From Azolla caroliniana (lineage: Eukaryota; Plantae; Polypodiophyta), in NCBI GenBank assembly GCA_043228905.1, contig JBHGNT010000005.1, positions 11,284,001-11,348,000 of the forward strand: a DNA stretch of 64,000 nt. Reading direction: 5' to 3'. This document shows positions 18,579-31,716 of this stretch, piece after piece. The first letter of the stretch is position 1. Every line of letters begins with the position of its first letter. A program made the position numbers and the translations under genes. The notes below the pieces were generated by a model. It saw only the letters and a program-made list of their open reading frames with translations. It made no database searches and was not told where the DNA came from.

Positions 18579-21500
18579 TTATTCCGTAGCGCCTTCTTTC
18601 ATTTTGGCAACTCCATTAGTTCATATGTGTGGTTCTCATGCAAAGAATCCATCTGCTATTGCAGGGCACTTAACCACTTTCAGTTGTGGGTATCGTTCTT
18701 AACTTCTTCAAAGCTTTCTGGCTGCCCCTCATCTATTAGCAATACACACTCTTCATCAGAAATCTTGGTGGGGATCTCCTCTTTCTAAGGGGGTATCTTC
18801 GGCCTCCATTCGGCACGATTGGTTCTTCTTCGACTTCTTTAGCCAATTCCCCTTGTTCTTTAGTTGGTTCTCGATTTTTCCGAGTATTACATCGGTCGTC
18901 TAGCTCGGATTCGATTTCAATCAAATTGACTTCTACTCGATCCAATCGAGCATCGAGTCGGCTCGATTCGGTCGTTGGAGAATTATTCTGGATCTCCCAA
19001 TCGACTATCATCTTCTCTTCCATGAAGACAATGGTGCGGCTCCGTATCACTTTCTTATCTTCCATGAAGACAATGCATGAGTTCTAGCGGCATTTTCTTC
19101 CTTATCGGGGACCTCGATCGGAAGGAGGCTCTATTCTATTTGCAGGCTAGGCAAAGAACACACTTATCCAGATGCACTTTCTTCACCTACGGTAGAACTT
19201 CTTTTTCGGCTAGCATCTGCATTCCCTTCTAGCTCATGTGGCATAGCCTCTTATGCCACAACTCACCAGCTATGTCGGCTACCATGTTTATCTCGTTTTG
19301 GCATAATCGAGCAGTCATTATATACAGTGTGTTGGTTTTCCGGGCTCAAGCCATGATCAGACTCCCCTTGAAAAACTTCATTATGTCGTTTTGGATTCTA
19401 CCCGTGTAGCCTTCATCATCCAGTTGACCAACTGATATCAGATTCAGTTTGACTTCCGGAACATGTTGTACATCTTTCACCACTAGTCAACATCCAGTCG
19501 ACATTACCAAACAGACATCTCCAATGCTGAAAATTCGGCATGCTCCTTCATTCCCCATTTTCACAAGAGCATGGTCTTCGACCCTGTATGATGAGAAGCA
19601 CTTTCAGTCGGGGATTAGGTGAAACGACGAACCCGAATCGACCACCCATGTTGATTCTTCGCCGGAGAGATTGACCTCATTTTGTTCACTAATGAACAAC
19701 AACTCCTCTTCACTCGTGGTTATTGCTGAGGTGTTATTTTTGTCCGAGATTTTCTTCGGCTCTACACCATCAGCTCCCCCTTTTCTCCTTTCGAAACTGC
19801 AGACAATTCTCTCGGAAGTGCCCCGACTTCCCACAATCGAAGCACGTGGGCCTTCACCTCGACTTCAACCTCATTCCCGATTTATCTCGATTCTGGGAAC
19901 TTTGATTTCGGCCTCTTCCTCGATTCGTGTCACTTTCCGTGACAAGGGCCTTCGGATTGGCATTGGACTCTCAGTCCTTCCGGCGAGCTTCCTCATTTAG
20001 TAAGCTCGACATCACCAGCTCTAGGGATAGATGTTTCCCTTCTGGTCAGGTGTTGCCTAATGTGACAACCAACGTTTCCCAACTGTCCGAAAGGGATCCC
20101 AGCAACATTAAAGTTAATACCTCATCCGCAAGAGGTACTTCTAGAGAGGTTGTTTGGTTCATCAGTCCTTGGGAGGCAGTAATATGCTTCGCCATGTTGG
20201 AGTCTTCTTGATACCGAAGTCTCATGATTTTTTGGTAACTAAGACTCTGTTCCAGGTGTTCTTGTTTTCAAACATTACGCCAATCTTCTTCCATGGGACA
20301 TTGTCGCAAAATTTTGTGTGTGTGTGTTGCTCGAACGGGACCGCCGGGGCCTTGGACTGAACAAAAGGGCTGAAAATAATCTGGTGAAGGCGAGTCTAGT
20401 GTGCTCCGAGCTCGAGTACTTCCGACGGCTATGTTGACTCGATTCAGAGTAGCTCTCGTGCCACTACAACCTCCCTTCCGCAACCGGCCACTGAGTTCAC
20501 CACCATCGAGATGTTCAAGAAGTTGATGTATAAGGAATGCAAGCCCTAAAATATCTCGAGTAAGAAGTATAATAGAGGCAAAACTCTCAAACCCTAAAAT
20601 CCTAACTCCTCTAGTATGTTGAGGAGAAAAGAAGAAAAGTATAAAGAAGAAGCTCCCTAACCCTAACCCTAGAAGGAAAAGAAGAAGGAGAAGGGGATAA
20701 GGAGAAAGGGAGGCTACAAAACCCTAACCCACGAAGAAGAAGAGGAGAAGATGAAACCTACTGGTACACCCCTAAGGCAAAATGGGCGACCCCATAATAG
20801 GCCCTATTCCTCCCCTCTTATAGAGGACAGAGGCACCTATATTAACATTACATGCTCTTTTTTTATTTCCTTTGTCACAAAAAAGGTTGGGGAACAAAAT
20901 ACTCCTTGGTTTGGCACTAAGAGAGACTTGAACTCTACACCTCTCTATATATACTTATTAGGCCGAACCACTAGGCTACTAAAAATTATCTATTATTATT
21001 ATTTTTCATTTATACATGACTTTATGAGATGTGTGTGGAACCTCGCTCTTTCTCACATTGAACACGCCACACCACGACAATGTCGGCTTTTGTTTCTTCA
21101 CCAAAGTAGTTGTACAGACTAATGTCTATAAAACATCTTATGTATGTTGTTGCCTTCAGATGCAACACTTCCCAAGTCGATGCATCGATCTTGTCTGGCT
21201 TTTTGTCTCCGAATTGCACTGGTAGCCAGAGGTCTTTGCAGACAAGCATGTCTCTCATCTTCAACTTCCACACTACGTAGTTGGAGCCGGCTAGCTTGAA
21301 CATGCCGCCGAACGAGTCTTCCATTGCTTTGATACCAAATTGTTAGGATTTGAACTAGGCACACCGGTTCCTCATTTGTATGTTCAGTTGCAAAACGAAA
21401 AGCGATAGTGCATAAAAAAGAAAGAACAGAAAACGAGAAGCTCAGAAACAAGACACCGATATTTAACATGGAAAACCCGAATCAAGAAAAACCACGTGGT

Positions 21501-21915
21501 ATCCACAAACTCCAAATAGAATCACTATGATGAGAGGTAGTACAATAACACACTCTGAGACAACGAACTCAAGATCTTCTTTGTCTGATAGACAAACGGT
21601 TACAGAGTTACACACTAACTCTCAATCACTCTCTTTATCTCACATTTATAGGGGCAACAACCTTCTCTAACTATACAACTAATAATGATGAAGTACACAA
21701 CCTTAACATTTGCCCTAGTTGTTTATATACTAAACCAACTCTTTTGCTATTTACATACATAGCCCACAGGGGACATTCAGGCTATTTACAATTATAACCT
21801 CTCAAATCGTTCATGAAATCAATTGTCGATTTCGATTTTCGATTTCGGTTATGAAATCGGGTGGAGTGAGTGGATAGAGGAAATGCTACACCTGGTCAGA
21901 AGTCGGGGAAGTGTG
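18579..21915 (-). mobile_element. Degenerate copia, 5' part: LTR 21341-~21915, PBS, gag-PR-INT fragments
   Basis: PBS gctttgatacca on + at ~21327-21338. MEDSFGGMFKLAGSNY; WVVDSGSSFH. INT-RT linker at 18579-19070. Confidence 0.8.
20302..21079 (-). mobile_element. Solo LTR (778 bp, TGTCG…CGACA termini) inserted in copia gag
   Basis: Flanks ACAT (20298-20301) and ATGT (21080-21083) can both be derived from an ACGT TSD by CpG deamination. Contains CCCTAA runs. Host gag resumes across it. Confidence 0.7.
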
Positions 21916-23511
21916 AAACAAATCGGATGGATCCGATCTCGAATTGGACGAAGTTAGGATAAGTATTTTGAAAAGTCACAAGTGTAAATAGGTTTTGAGT
22001 CGAACCTATTTAGACCAGTTATGTAAATATCCTAGGGCAAACATTATGGTGAGAGCATTGACTCATCTTGTTCATCATCTTGGTGAGTGTGTGAGTTGTC
22101 TGTGTAACTATGTGTACGTGTGCGAGGTCATTGCCTCTATAGCAGAATAGAAGAAACTATGAGAGAGTGAGAGAGGAAGAGAGGAAGAGTATCTTTTGTA
22201 ACGACCTGTCGGTGAGGAATGCAAACTCACGTCGATGCCTGTGAATTTGTCCTATTGTACTTTTCTCTCATAGTGATTTGTTCGGTGTCTGTGGGCACCC
22301 GTGGTTTTTACTCGATTTGGGGTTTTCCACGTTAATATCATGTGTACTCTCATTTCCTATTTTATTCTATGTATTTGCTTGTACCCATTTTGCATTTGAC
22401 TCGGTTGTGGCCGAGTTCCCATTTTTTGTAATAGATCGGTTGCTGAAAGTCGATGGACTCCGACTTTTATATTTTAATCGACTTCTTTAGGTCAGTCGAC
22501 TCCGACTCATCTGTATTGGTTGGTTGCTCTGAGTCTACCAACTCGGATTTGGCTATTCCAACTGGTTGTCTCCTCTCAGTCGACAGTGTATGATCAACTT
22601 TGCTTGAGTTGACAGTAGTGGGAGTTTATTGGGAAGCCGGTTTTGACTTCTGTTGTTTCCAGTCCTTGATTGTCTTGTCTTCCAAGAACACGATGCCCCG
22701 ACTCCTCATCACCTTCTTGTCGAGCAAGTCCCACATCCTGTAGCCGAACTCATCCTCTGAGTACCCGAGAAATATGCATGGTTTTGACTTATTGTCGAGC
22801 GTCGACCTTTGATCCTTTGCTACATGCATATATGCTAGACAATCGAACACCTTCAAGTGTTTATAGGATAAATCTTTGCCTGTCCACAATCTCTGTGGGA
22901 CATGACCTTTCAGGGGCACTGAGGGAGACCTATTGATAAGATAAACAACCTTGTACATTGTCTCCGCCCAATACAATTGTAGCAGCTTTGCATGCGACTG
23001 TGCGGAATAGTGGTCAGCCACAACCAAGTCTTAATCACTCAATTGAAGAAGCAAAAATAGGAATAAAGATTAATGCAATTACACATAATGAGACGACACC
23101 AGATGTTTACGTGGAAAACCCTTATAGGGAAAAACCACAGGAGCCCACAGACTCCAACTATCACTATGAGAAGAAAAGTTTACAACGCGAGACTCAAAGG
23201 CAACGACCTCGAGCTCTATGCCTTCGCCAACCGGCGGTTACAACAAAAAAATACATTATGTATCTCTCTCGTTGTCTCTCTACGCTCTGTACGACAATAA
23301 TAACAATGATAACAACATTTGTACAACACTATTTTCCCTAGTTATATTTATACTCATATAACTTATGGACTATTTACAAATATAACCTCAATGGTCATGT
23401 CTGAACATATTTATCAATATGTTACTATCTCCTAGTTCAAACTGGATCTGGCCGGATTCCTTCCGGATCCATTCGGTCTAGTTCCTTCATTCGGCTCGTC
23501 CGATTTTCATC
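21916..23511. mobile_element. Copia debris: + LTR fragment (~21916-22420), - integrase fragment (22430-22990), - LTR (~23000-23511)
   Basis: ORF 22626-23027: YWAE…YLINRSPS…KPCIFLGYS. The LTR signature gtggttttt…gggttttccacgt is present. Confidence 0.65.
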
Positions 23512-26227
23512 TGTTGGGATTACGGTCCCTTCGGATGGGATGGTCGGATGCCGGAGATGAATGCCGACGAGCCCGGTTTTCGGTTTCGGAACCGGATGAT
23601 GAAGACCCCGGCTTCGGAGCCGGATGACGAATGTACCCGGAGAGAGATCCGGATGCAGGGACATATCCGTGAATATGTTTGCTAAGGGCCCCTGAGGCTA
23701 TAGTTGTAAATAGCCCCAAAGTCATATATGTATAAATATGACTTAGGGCAAACAGTTTTGTAGTTGCTCATCATTTTTCTGTTTTTCCACTTAAGAGGAG
23801 TGAAGAGAGAGAGCAGCCGTGGAGAGATAGAGCGTGAGAGAGGAAGAGGTCGACGCCTCTGTGTATTTCCGCCGCCTGTGGCGAGGACAGCGAGCTCAAG
23901 GTCGTCGCCTTGCAGCTCGTCATTGTATACTTCTCTGTGTATAGTGTTGATTTGGAGTCTTGTACTCCCGTGGTTTTTCCCGTACTGGGTTTTCCACGTT
24001 AATCCCTGTGTATTCGTGTTTCTCTCTCTGTGGTTCCTATTTTCTGCTGCATCGATTCGCGCTTACTCAGTTGTGGCCGAGGGAAGAAGGTTAATCGAAG
24101 AGTTGATTCCTTACATCATCCAGATCCCATATGGAGGGACTTGTTTCCCAACAAACTCCCCCTTCACTCCGGCATGGGATGTCTCGTAAGTCCGATATGT
24201 CTCCAATAGGCGTGGAGCTTGTCAGCTGACAACATCAAGATGGTATCAGAGCGAGCTGCTGCAGAAAATGGAAGGCGGCGGCAGCGGGCAGCCGGGGATG
24301 ATGGTTCTGAATGCGCAGAATTACGCCGACTGGAAGATCAAGATGGAGGATCTTCTGATTGTTCGGGACCTGTACGAACCGATTGACAGGTCGGAAATAC
24401 CGAAGGGAGTACTTGAGTCGGAGTGGAAGCTCCTGAACCGGAAAGCCGTAGCGACGATCCGACAATATGTCGATGTAAGCGTCCTACAACATGTGGTGAA
24501 CGACACCAACGCATATGAGATGTGGAAGAAGCTGTCGGGCCTCTACGAGAGGAAGAATGCGTTGAACCGGACCTCCCTGATGAGGAAGATAGTGAATCTC
24601 AAGTACCGGGACGGCGAGAGTATGGTGGAACACGTAAGCACGTTCATGGGATTCGTGAATCAGCTTGCGGCGATCAAGTTCCCGTTGGAGGATGCAATGC
24701 AAGCCATCATCCTGATGTGTACATTGCCGGAAAGCTGGGAGAACTTGGTGGTGACTCTCAGCACCTCCTGCACCGAAGATAACTTGTCCTTACAAACGGT
24801 AAAGACAAGTATTTTGAACGAAGAAGCGCGTCGGAGAGATAAAGAACCGGCCTCCGATTCGAAGGCGCTGCTTACCGAATCGGATCGGGGAAGACAATGG
24901 AACCGGAGTCCGCAAAGACGGGAGAAGTCGGGGACCCGGTCGCAGTCAAGAGGAAGGCCCACATGCTTCCACTGTGGGAAGCCGGGGCACTTCCGAAAGA
25001 ATTGTCGGCATTACCGAAAAGACAACGGAGCCGACGACACCGATTCGAAGAAGTCACCGGAGAGAAACGGCGCATACCGGGGAGCCACGGACCGGAGAGG
25101 TTCGGATCGGCGAGGGCAGGACCGGAAAGGAACGACGGCACTCGCGGCAAGTGAGGAAGAAATCATGCTCATCACCGAAGAAGGTGAACTAAACATTGCC
25201 GGCGATGAGACGACCTGGGTGGTCGATTCCGGAGCATCGTTCCACCTGACCCCGGAGAGAAGATACTTCTCATCCTACATAGCCGGTGAACATGGCTGTG
25301 TTCGGATGGGAAATGAAGGTACGTGCCGGATTGCCGGCATCGGAGACGTGTGGTTGACAACCCCGACCGGATGCAAAATGCTGCTGAAGGATGTTCGACA
25401 CGTTCCGGAGGTTCGATTGAACCTGATTTCGGCCGGGAGGCTAGACGATGAAGGCTACACAGGTAGCATCCGGAATGGCGTAATGAAGTTCAGCAAGGGG
25501 AGCCTGATAGTGGCTCGGGCCCGGAAAGACAACACACTGTACCTGATGAATGCCCGGTTATGTCCGGAAGAGCTGAATGTGGCAGCCGACACTGCCGGTG
25601 AGCTGTGGCACAAAAGACTGTGCCACATGAGTGAGAAGGGGATGAAGAGGCTTGCAGAAGACAACCTTATTCCAGTGAAGCAAGTGCACCTGGAGAAGTG
25701 CACTGATTGCCTGGCCGGTAAGCAGAACCGAACCTCCTTCCATTCAAGGCCACCGACGAGACGTAGCGCACCATTGGAGTTGGTGCACACTGATGTGTGT
25801 CAGGTAGAAACGAAGTCACATGGCGGAGCCCAGTATTTCGTAACATTCATTGATGATCACAGCCGGAAGCTGTGGACGGCACCGTTGAAGACAAAGGACC
25901 AAGTGTTGTGCGTCTTCAAAGAACTCCACGCGAGAGTGGAAAGGGAATCCGGCAAGAAGCTGAAAGCGATACGAGCGGATAACGGAGGGGAATACCGGGG
26001 GCAGTTCCACGAGTACTGTCGCTCGAAGGGAATCCGGCTCGAGTTTACTGTGCCGAAGACGCCGGAACTGAACGGGCTGGCCGAGAGGATGAACCGGACC
26101 ATAATGGAGAGGGTCCGGAGTATGCTGGCGCATGCGAAATTACCCAAGGGGTTTTGGGCTGAGGCAATGTCGACGGCGACATACGTGATAAACAGATCAC
26201 CCTCAGTACCTTTGGACGGAGACACGC

Positions 26228-29200
26228 TGTTGGAGACAAGGCCGTGTCGATGCGGAAGATCTAATAGCATTCGATTAGGGTTGAGTACCTGCGTATGACA
26301 GAATCATAGATCGTGCACAGAGAAAGAGAGAGAGAGAGAGAGGCACAAAAGACTTTCTATTCAATAGAAAACAATAATACAACACCCCAACCTTACAAAA
26401 AGGTTACAAGGTCACTATATATAGTGACCGACTTAGGGCAACTACCCTTTATGCTAATTACACAAATGGCCCAAAGGGATAGTGTGAATACGTCCATTAT
26501 ACACTTGTATTCGACACTCCCCCGTAATGGGCGTATACATGGGTTATCTAAGATTACAGGTATAAACCTAGGTTCTCGGACATATCAGTTTTGTTCGAGT
26601 CGGCAGGGTCCGAAGGCAGAAGACCGAACTGGTCGGGTCGGAAGAGTTGAAGCCGATCATTAAGGAACTGATGTCGGTTGTCGGAAACCATCCTGCGCTG
26701 TGTCCGGCTCTAACCGGACTGGTTTGTCGTTACGCCCATCTGATGCCGAAGAGACCGAAAGCGGTCTGCCGAAAACACTTGGTCATTCCATCTGCGACAT
26801 TGTCGGTTGTGGATATTTTCTCTAGACCGATTTTCCCTGAAATGACGCAGTCCCGAACGAAGTGATATCGAACGTCGATATGTTTGGAGGCGTTGTGATG
26901 AACTGGATTTTTCGACAGGGCAACAGCACCTTGACTGTCGCTATAGACAACTGGGGCCGAGTCATGGTCGACTTGCCGAAACGTGTGCGCCAGCCGGCCG
27001 AGCCACAAAGCTTCTTTTGCTGCGTCGGACGCAGCTACATATTCTGCTTCGGTCGTTGAGGTCGCTGTGCACTCCTGAAGTTTCGACTTCCACGAAATTG
27101 CTCCATTGCCGAATTTGAAGCAGTATCCGGTTGTTGATTTCCGACTGTCTATACAGCCGGCGAAATCCGAGTCGGTGTAACCGACTACGCCTGAGGTTCG
27201 GTTCGGACCGAAAAGAATGCCGTGGTCTTTTGTGCCAGCCAGATATCTGAACACATGCTTGACTGCGTTCCAATGCGATCGGCCAGGATTATGCATAAAT
27301 CTGCTAACGACTCCTACGGCATGAGAAATATCAGGCCGTGTCGCGACCATCAGGTACATAAGGGAGCCGACTGCCGGTGCATACGGTACCGACTTCATAT
27401 CTTCCCCCTCCGAACCGGATGTCGGGCAGTCTCGCTGAGAGAGCCGAAGATTCATGGGGAGCGGGGTTGAAGCAGATTTGGCTGATTGCATGTTGAAGCG
27501 TTCCAAGACACGTCCGATATAGTCGGTCTGAGACAAAAAAAGATGTCGTTTATCGCGATGCCGACTAATCTTCATGCCGAGTATGTGTCGTGCCGGACCG
27601 AGGTCCTTCATGGCAAACTTCAACCGCAGTTGCCGAATGAGATCGGCAAGTTCGCCCGCGTGGCGTCCAGAAATTAGCATGTCGTCCACATAAATGATGA
27701 GGAAGATGGGTGATCCATCTTGAGCTGTGTTGGTGAAGAGACAATGGTCCTCATCGCTTTTTGAGAAGCCGATCAATTGGATGAAGTCGTCGAACTTCTT
27801 GTACCATTGTCGCGGTGCCTGTTTGAGGCCGTATAGACTCTTCCTGAGTCGGCAGACTAGATGTTCTTGGCCAGTTGCCACGAAGCCTTTTGGTTGCTCC
27901 ATATAAATTTCCTCTTCAAGATCACCATGGAGGAAGGCTGTTTTGACATCTAGCTGAATCAGCTCCAAGTTGTCGGCTGCCACTACGCCGAGTAGAAAAC
28001 GAAGGGTTGTCATCTTCACCACTGGTGAAAAAATCTCGTCGAAGTCGACGCCATATTCTTGTCGGAAGCCCTTCGCAACTAATCTGGCCTTGTACTTTGG
28101 GGTGGTCGAATCAGACGTCTCTTTTAGTCGATAAACCCACTTGCAAGGAAGAGCACGTCGATTCTTAGGTAATTCGACCAGGTCCCAAGTCTTGTTTGCC
28201 CGAATGGAGTGCATTTCTGACTCCATCGCCAGATGCCAGGTGGCTGAATCGACAGATGTCGATGCTTCTTCGTAAGACGTCGGTTCGCCGGCGTCGGTGA
28301 AGAAAATTCCAGGAGAATACCTCTCCGGAGGTTGCGACAGTCTCTCGGATCGTCGAGGTATGATTGGACTGGTCGCATCGGGTATCGAGGTCGGATGGTC
28401 CGAAAGCGAATCATTCGGCTGTGCCGAGTCGGAGTTGTCCGAGTCGGGAGTGTAAGGTTCAGCTACCCGTGAAGCTGACCGTGTGTTAAGAGCGGGGCCT
28501 TCTTGAAGGGTCGGCACATCGGAAAATGTTACCCTTCGGACTTCGATCGGTGTTTTGACTGATGGATTCATAGCCGACTCGTTGAACACAACGTCCGAAC
28601 TTCGAACGATTTGTCTGCGTTCGGGGTCCCAGAGTCGGTATCCCATTTCGCCGTCTGATCCATATCCAAGGAAAATGCATTTCCTGGACCAAGGTGCAAG
28701 TTTTCGGCGATCATCTTTCGGAATGAGGGCGTACGCCTCGCATCCGAAGATCCTCAGCTTGTCGTAATTCGGCTTACTGCCGATCCATAGTTCCTGAGGA
28801 ATTTGAAGTCCTCAAGGTCTACTTGGCGACATATTGATTATGTGTACTGCCGTGAGTAGAGCCTCTGCCCAGAAGCCATCCGACAGTCCGGAGTGTTGGA
28901 GCATGGAAACTATCCGTTCTTGGATTGTTCGATTCATGCGTTCTGCAATCCCGTTTTGCTCCGGACTGTGTGGTGCCGTAAATTCACGTCGGATGCCGCG
29001 TTGTCGGCAGAATTTGACGAATTTTTCGGATTTGAACTCTCCCCCATTATCGGTCCGAAAGCATTTCCGTTTTCGGTCGGTTTGATTTTCTACCATAGCG
29101 AGCCAATCGGAGAAGATCGAGAAGACACGATCTTTGGTGCGAATTGGATAAGCCCACACCTTTCGAGTCGAATCGTCAATAAAACTGACGAAGTAAGAGG

Positions 29201-31716
29201 CACCGCCAAGAGACTGATGCGGCATTGGGCCACAGACGTCCGAGTGGACTAAATCGAGAGGTCTCGTTTCTCTTGGTGCTGATGTCGGGTGTGATGCGGC
29301 TGCTTGTTTGCCATACTAGCAATGCTCGCAGAATTGATGGTCGGAGAAGGAGAGTTTGGGGATGTACCCGGCTCTAGATAGATGCGTAATGCCGGCCTTG
29401 CTGAGGTGTCCTAATCTTCGGTGCCATAGTGATGACACAGGAATATCCACCAAAAACAGGTTACCCTCTCTGAGCGTAACATGTAACGGATACAGTGAGT
29501 GTATCTTGGGTCCTCTAGCAAGCAGGAGGTTCCCCCTGTGGAGTGTCCACCCTCCCGAAGAGAAACCGGCACGAATGCCGTCTTCATCTAGTTGTCCGAC
29601 TGAGATCAATGGCCTCGAGAGCTCGGGTACATGTCGGACATTGTGAAGTACAAGTGTAGAGCCACCTGCAAGGTTGAGCTCTACTGTGCCGATTCCGATG
29701 ATGTCACAGTGTTGTGAGTTGCCGACTCGAACTGAGTCGGAGTGACGGATCGTATATTGCCGAAATTGGGATCTATGAGGAGTCACGTGAAATGACGCGC
29801 CCGAATCCAAGAGCCATGTGCTCGATTCTTCAGTCGTGAGCAGAACTTCTGATCCGACTGGATTTTCGATTGACAGTATATTCGGGTCGTTTGGTAGCAC
29901 ATCAGCTGAGAAGCTGACGTAATTGATCTCCTCATGCCGGCCACTCTTCTTGTCTGATTTCTGAGACTTGTCGTTCTTGTTCTTGAGTGCGCGGCAGTCG
30001 ACTTTGATGTGTCCGGGTTTCTTGCAATAGTTGCAGATTCGATTATCCCGTGACTGGCTCCGTCTTCGCTGATTGTTCGGCTGCCGTGAGGAATCTCTTC
30101 CTCGTATGTTCGATCGGTCTGTCGAACCTTGTACTACATAAGCGTCGTCTGTTGAGTCTTTGGCGAAAGACTTTCTCCGAGCTGCTTCGGTCAGGATTGC
30201 GCTCGTGACTTCGGAGTATTTAACAACCGTGGTTGACGCGTTGCACACGGTTGTGACGAAAGTTTCCCATGATGAGGGAAGGCTACTCATGAGTATCATT
30301 GCTCTGAGTTCATCCTCGATTGCCGTCCCCTGAGATGAGATTTGGGAGCTTATGCTTTCGTACTCATTGAGATGTGCTTGAACCGAATCTGATTCTTTCA
30401 TCCGCAAGTTGTAGAGGCGCCGGATCAGAAACATCTTTGTTGCAGCGACCTTCTTTTCGTAGGTGTCCGACAGTGTTTTCCACAATTCAAATGCTGTCGT
30501 ACACGATTGCACCGTAAAGTATACCGATTCCGATAGGTGCATCCGAATCGTGGCGCGGACGATTCTGTCCAGCTTCTGCCACTCAATTGGTTTGTATCCT
30601 TCTGGAGGTTCTTCATTTTCGATGGGATCGATTTGCCCCTTGACTATGAGATAGTCCTGCATTTGCTCCTTCCAGAAATTGAAGTTCGATCCATCGAACT
30701 TTCGTAGACTCATTTCTGACGAGCCGGATGTTGATGCCATCAAATTTGGTTTCGGTTGACGAAGCTCGGTTCGGAGTTGACTACGAACCTTGTTGGAGTG
30801 CAGCCGGTTGGCTCACCCGATATCGTTCTAGTCGGATTTGAACCCGAGTCGGTTCGGCTTCGGATATATGTATTGTTGAACTTGCTCGAATTGACTCCGG
30901 TAACTTGAGGGACAGAACCGACTGGTCTTCCCGAATGTTGCCGAGTCGGAGTGAGCCCGGTTCGCTTCCGAATATATATGCCAAATACCGATTATTGAAA
31001 CTGATTGTCAGGACCGATTCTGCTTCGGGTGACTGCAGCGACGAGAGAGACGGATCCAACTGATCCTCTCGAATGTCGATCAGCCGGATGAAGCACGAAT
31101 TGGGGTTGTTGTCTTGAGACCGATCTGCACCGAGTGGTTACAATGAGCGGCGAGCAGCGTTTGTTGACCTCTTCGGATGCCGTTTAACCGAGTGGAGCAC
31201 GATCGTGTCAATGTTGCACAAGGGGATTTCACCTCGAGCGGTTACGATCACAAGGAACAGAGTACAACCGGCTGGCTTACTCCAAGCGAAAATGATCTAA
31301 CGCGATGAGATGCAAGCCTCGTTTTTCTTCTTCTTCTCTCTTCTTCGAATGACGCAAGAAACCGAATGCTGTGCAGGTTGAGACGACGGCCGACAGCGGG
31401 TTGAGGAACCTTCGCTCTGATACCAGATGTTGGAGACAAGGCCGTGTCGATGCGGAAGATCTAATAGCATTCGATTAGGGTTGAGTACCTGCGTATGACA
31501 GAATCATAGATCGTGCACAGAGATAGAGAGAGAGAGAGAGAGGCACAAAAGACTTTCTATTCAATAGAAAACAATAATACAACACCCCAACCTTACAAAA
31601 AGGTTACAAGGTCACTATATATAGTGACCGACTTAGGGAAACTACCCTTTATGCTAATTACACAAATGGCCCAAAGGGATAGTGTGAATACGTCCATTAT
31701 ACACTTGTATTCGACA
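26228..31716 (-). mobile_element. Nested full-length Ty1/copia element of a different family
   Basis: 289-bp LTRs at 26228-26516 and 31428-31716 (2 differences seen). Perfect TSD CACGC. PBS 31414-31425. PPT 26517-26523. Confidence 0.97.
26730..30743 (-). pseudogene. Copia gag-pol with two in-frame stops (~29317, ~28813) and a terminal frameshift
   Basis: ORFs 29316-30743, 28812-29225 and 26730-28646 share one frame. Motifs CNYCKKPGH, LLDSGAS, DNGGEF, IYVDD. Confidence 0.92.

Noticed and set aside
23764-24189. 141-aa ORF duplicated at 34098-34523
   Set aside because: It lies wholly within the LTRs, starts at TTG, and is duplicated only because the LTRs are.
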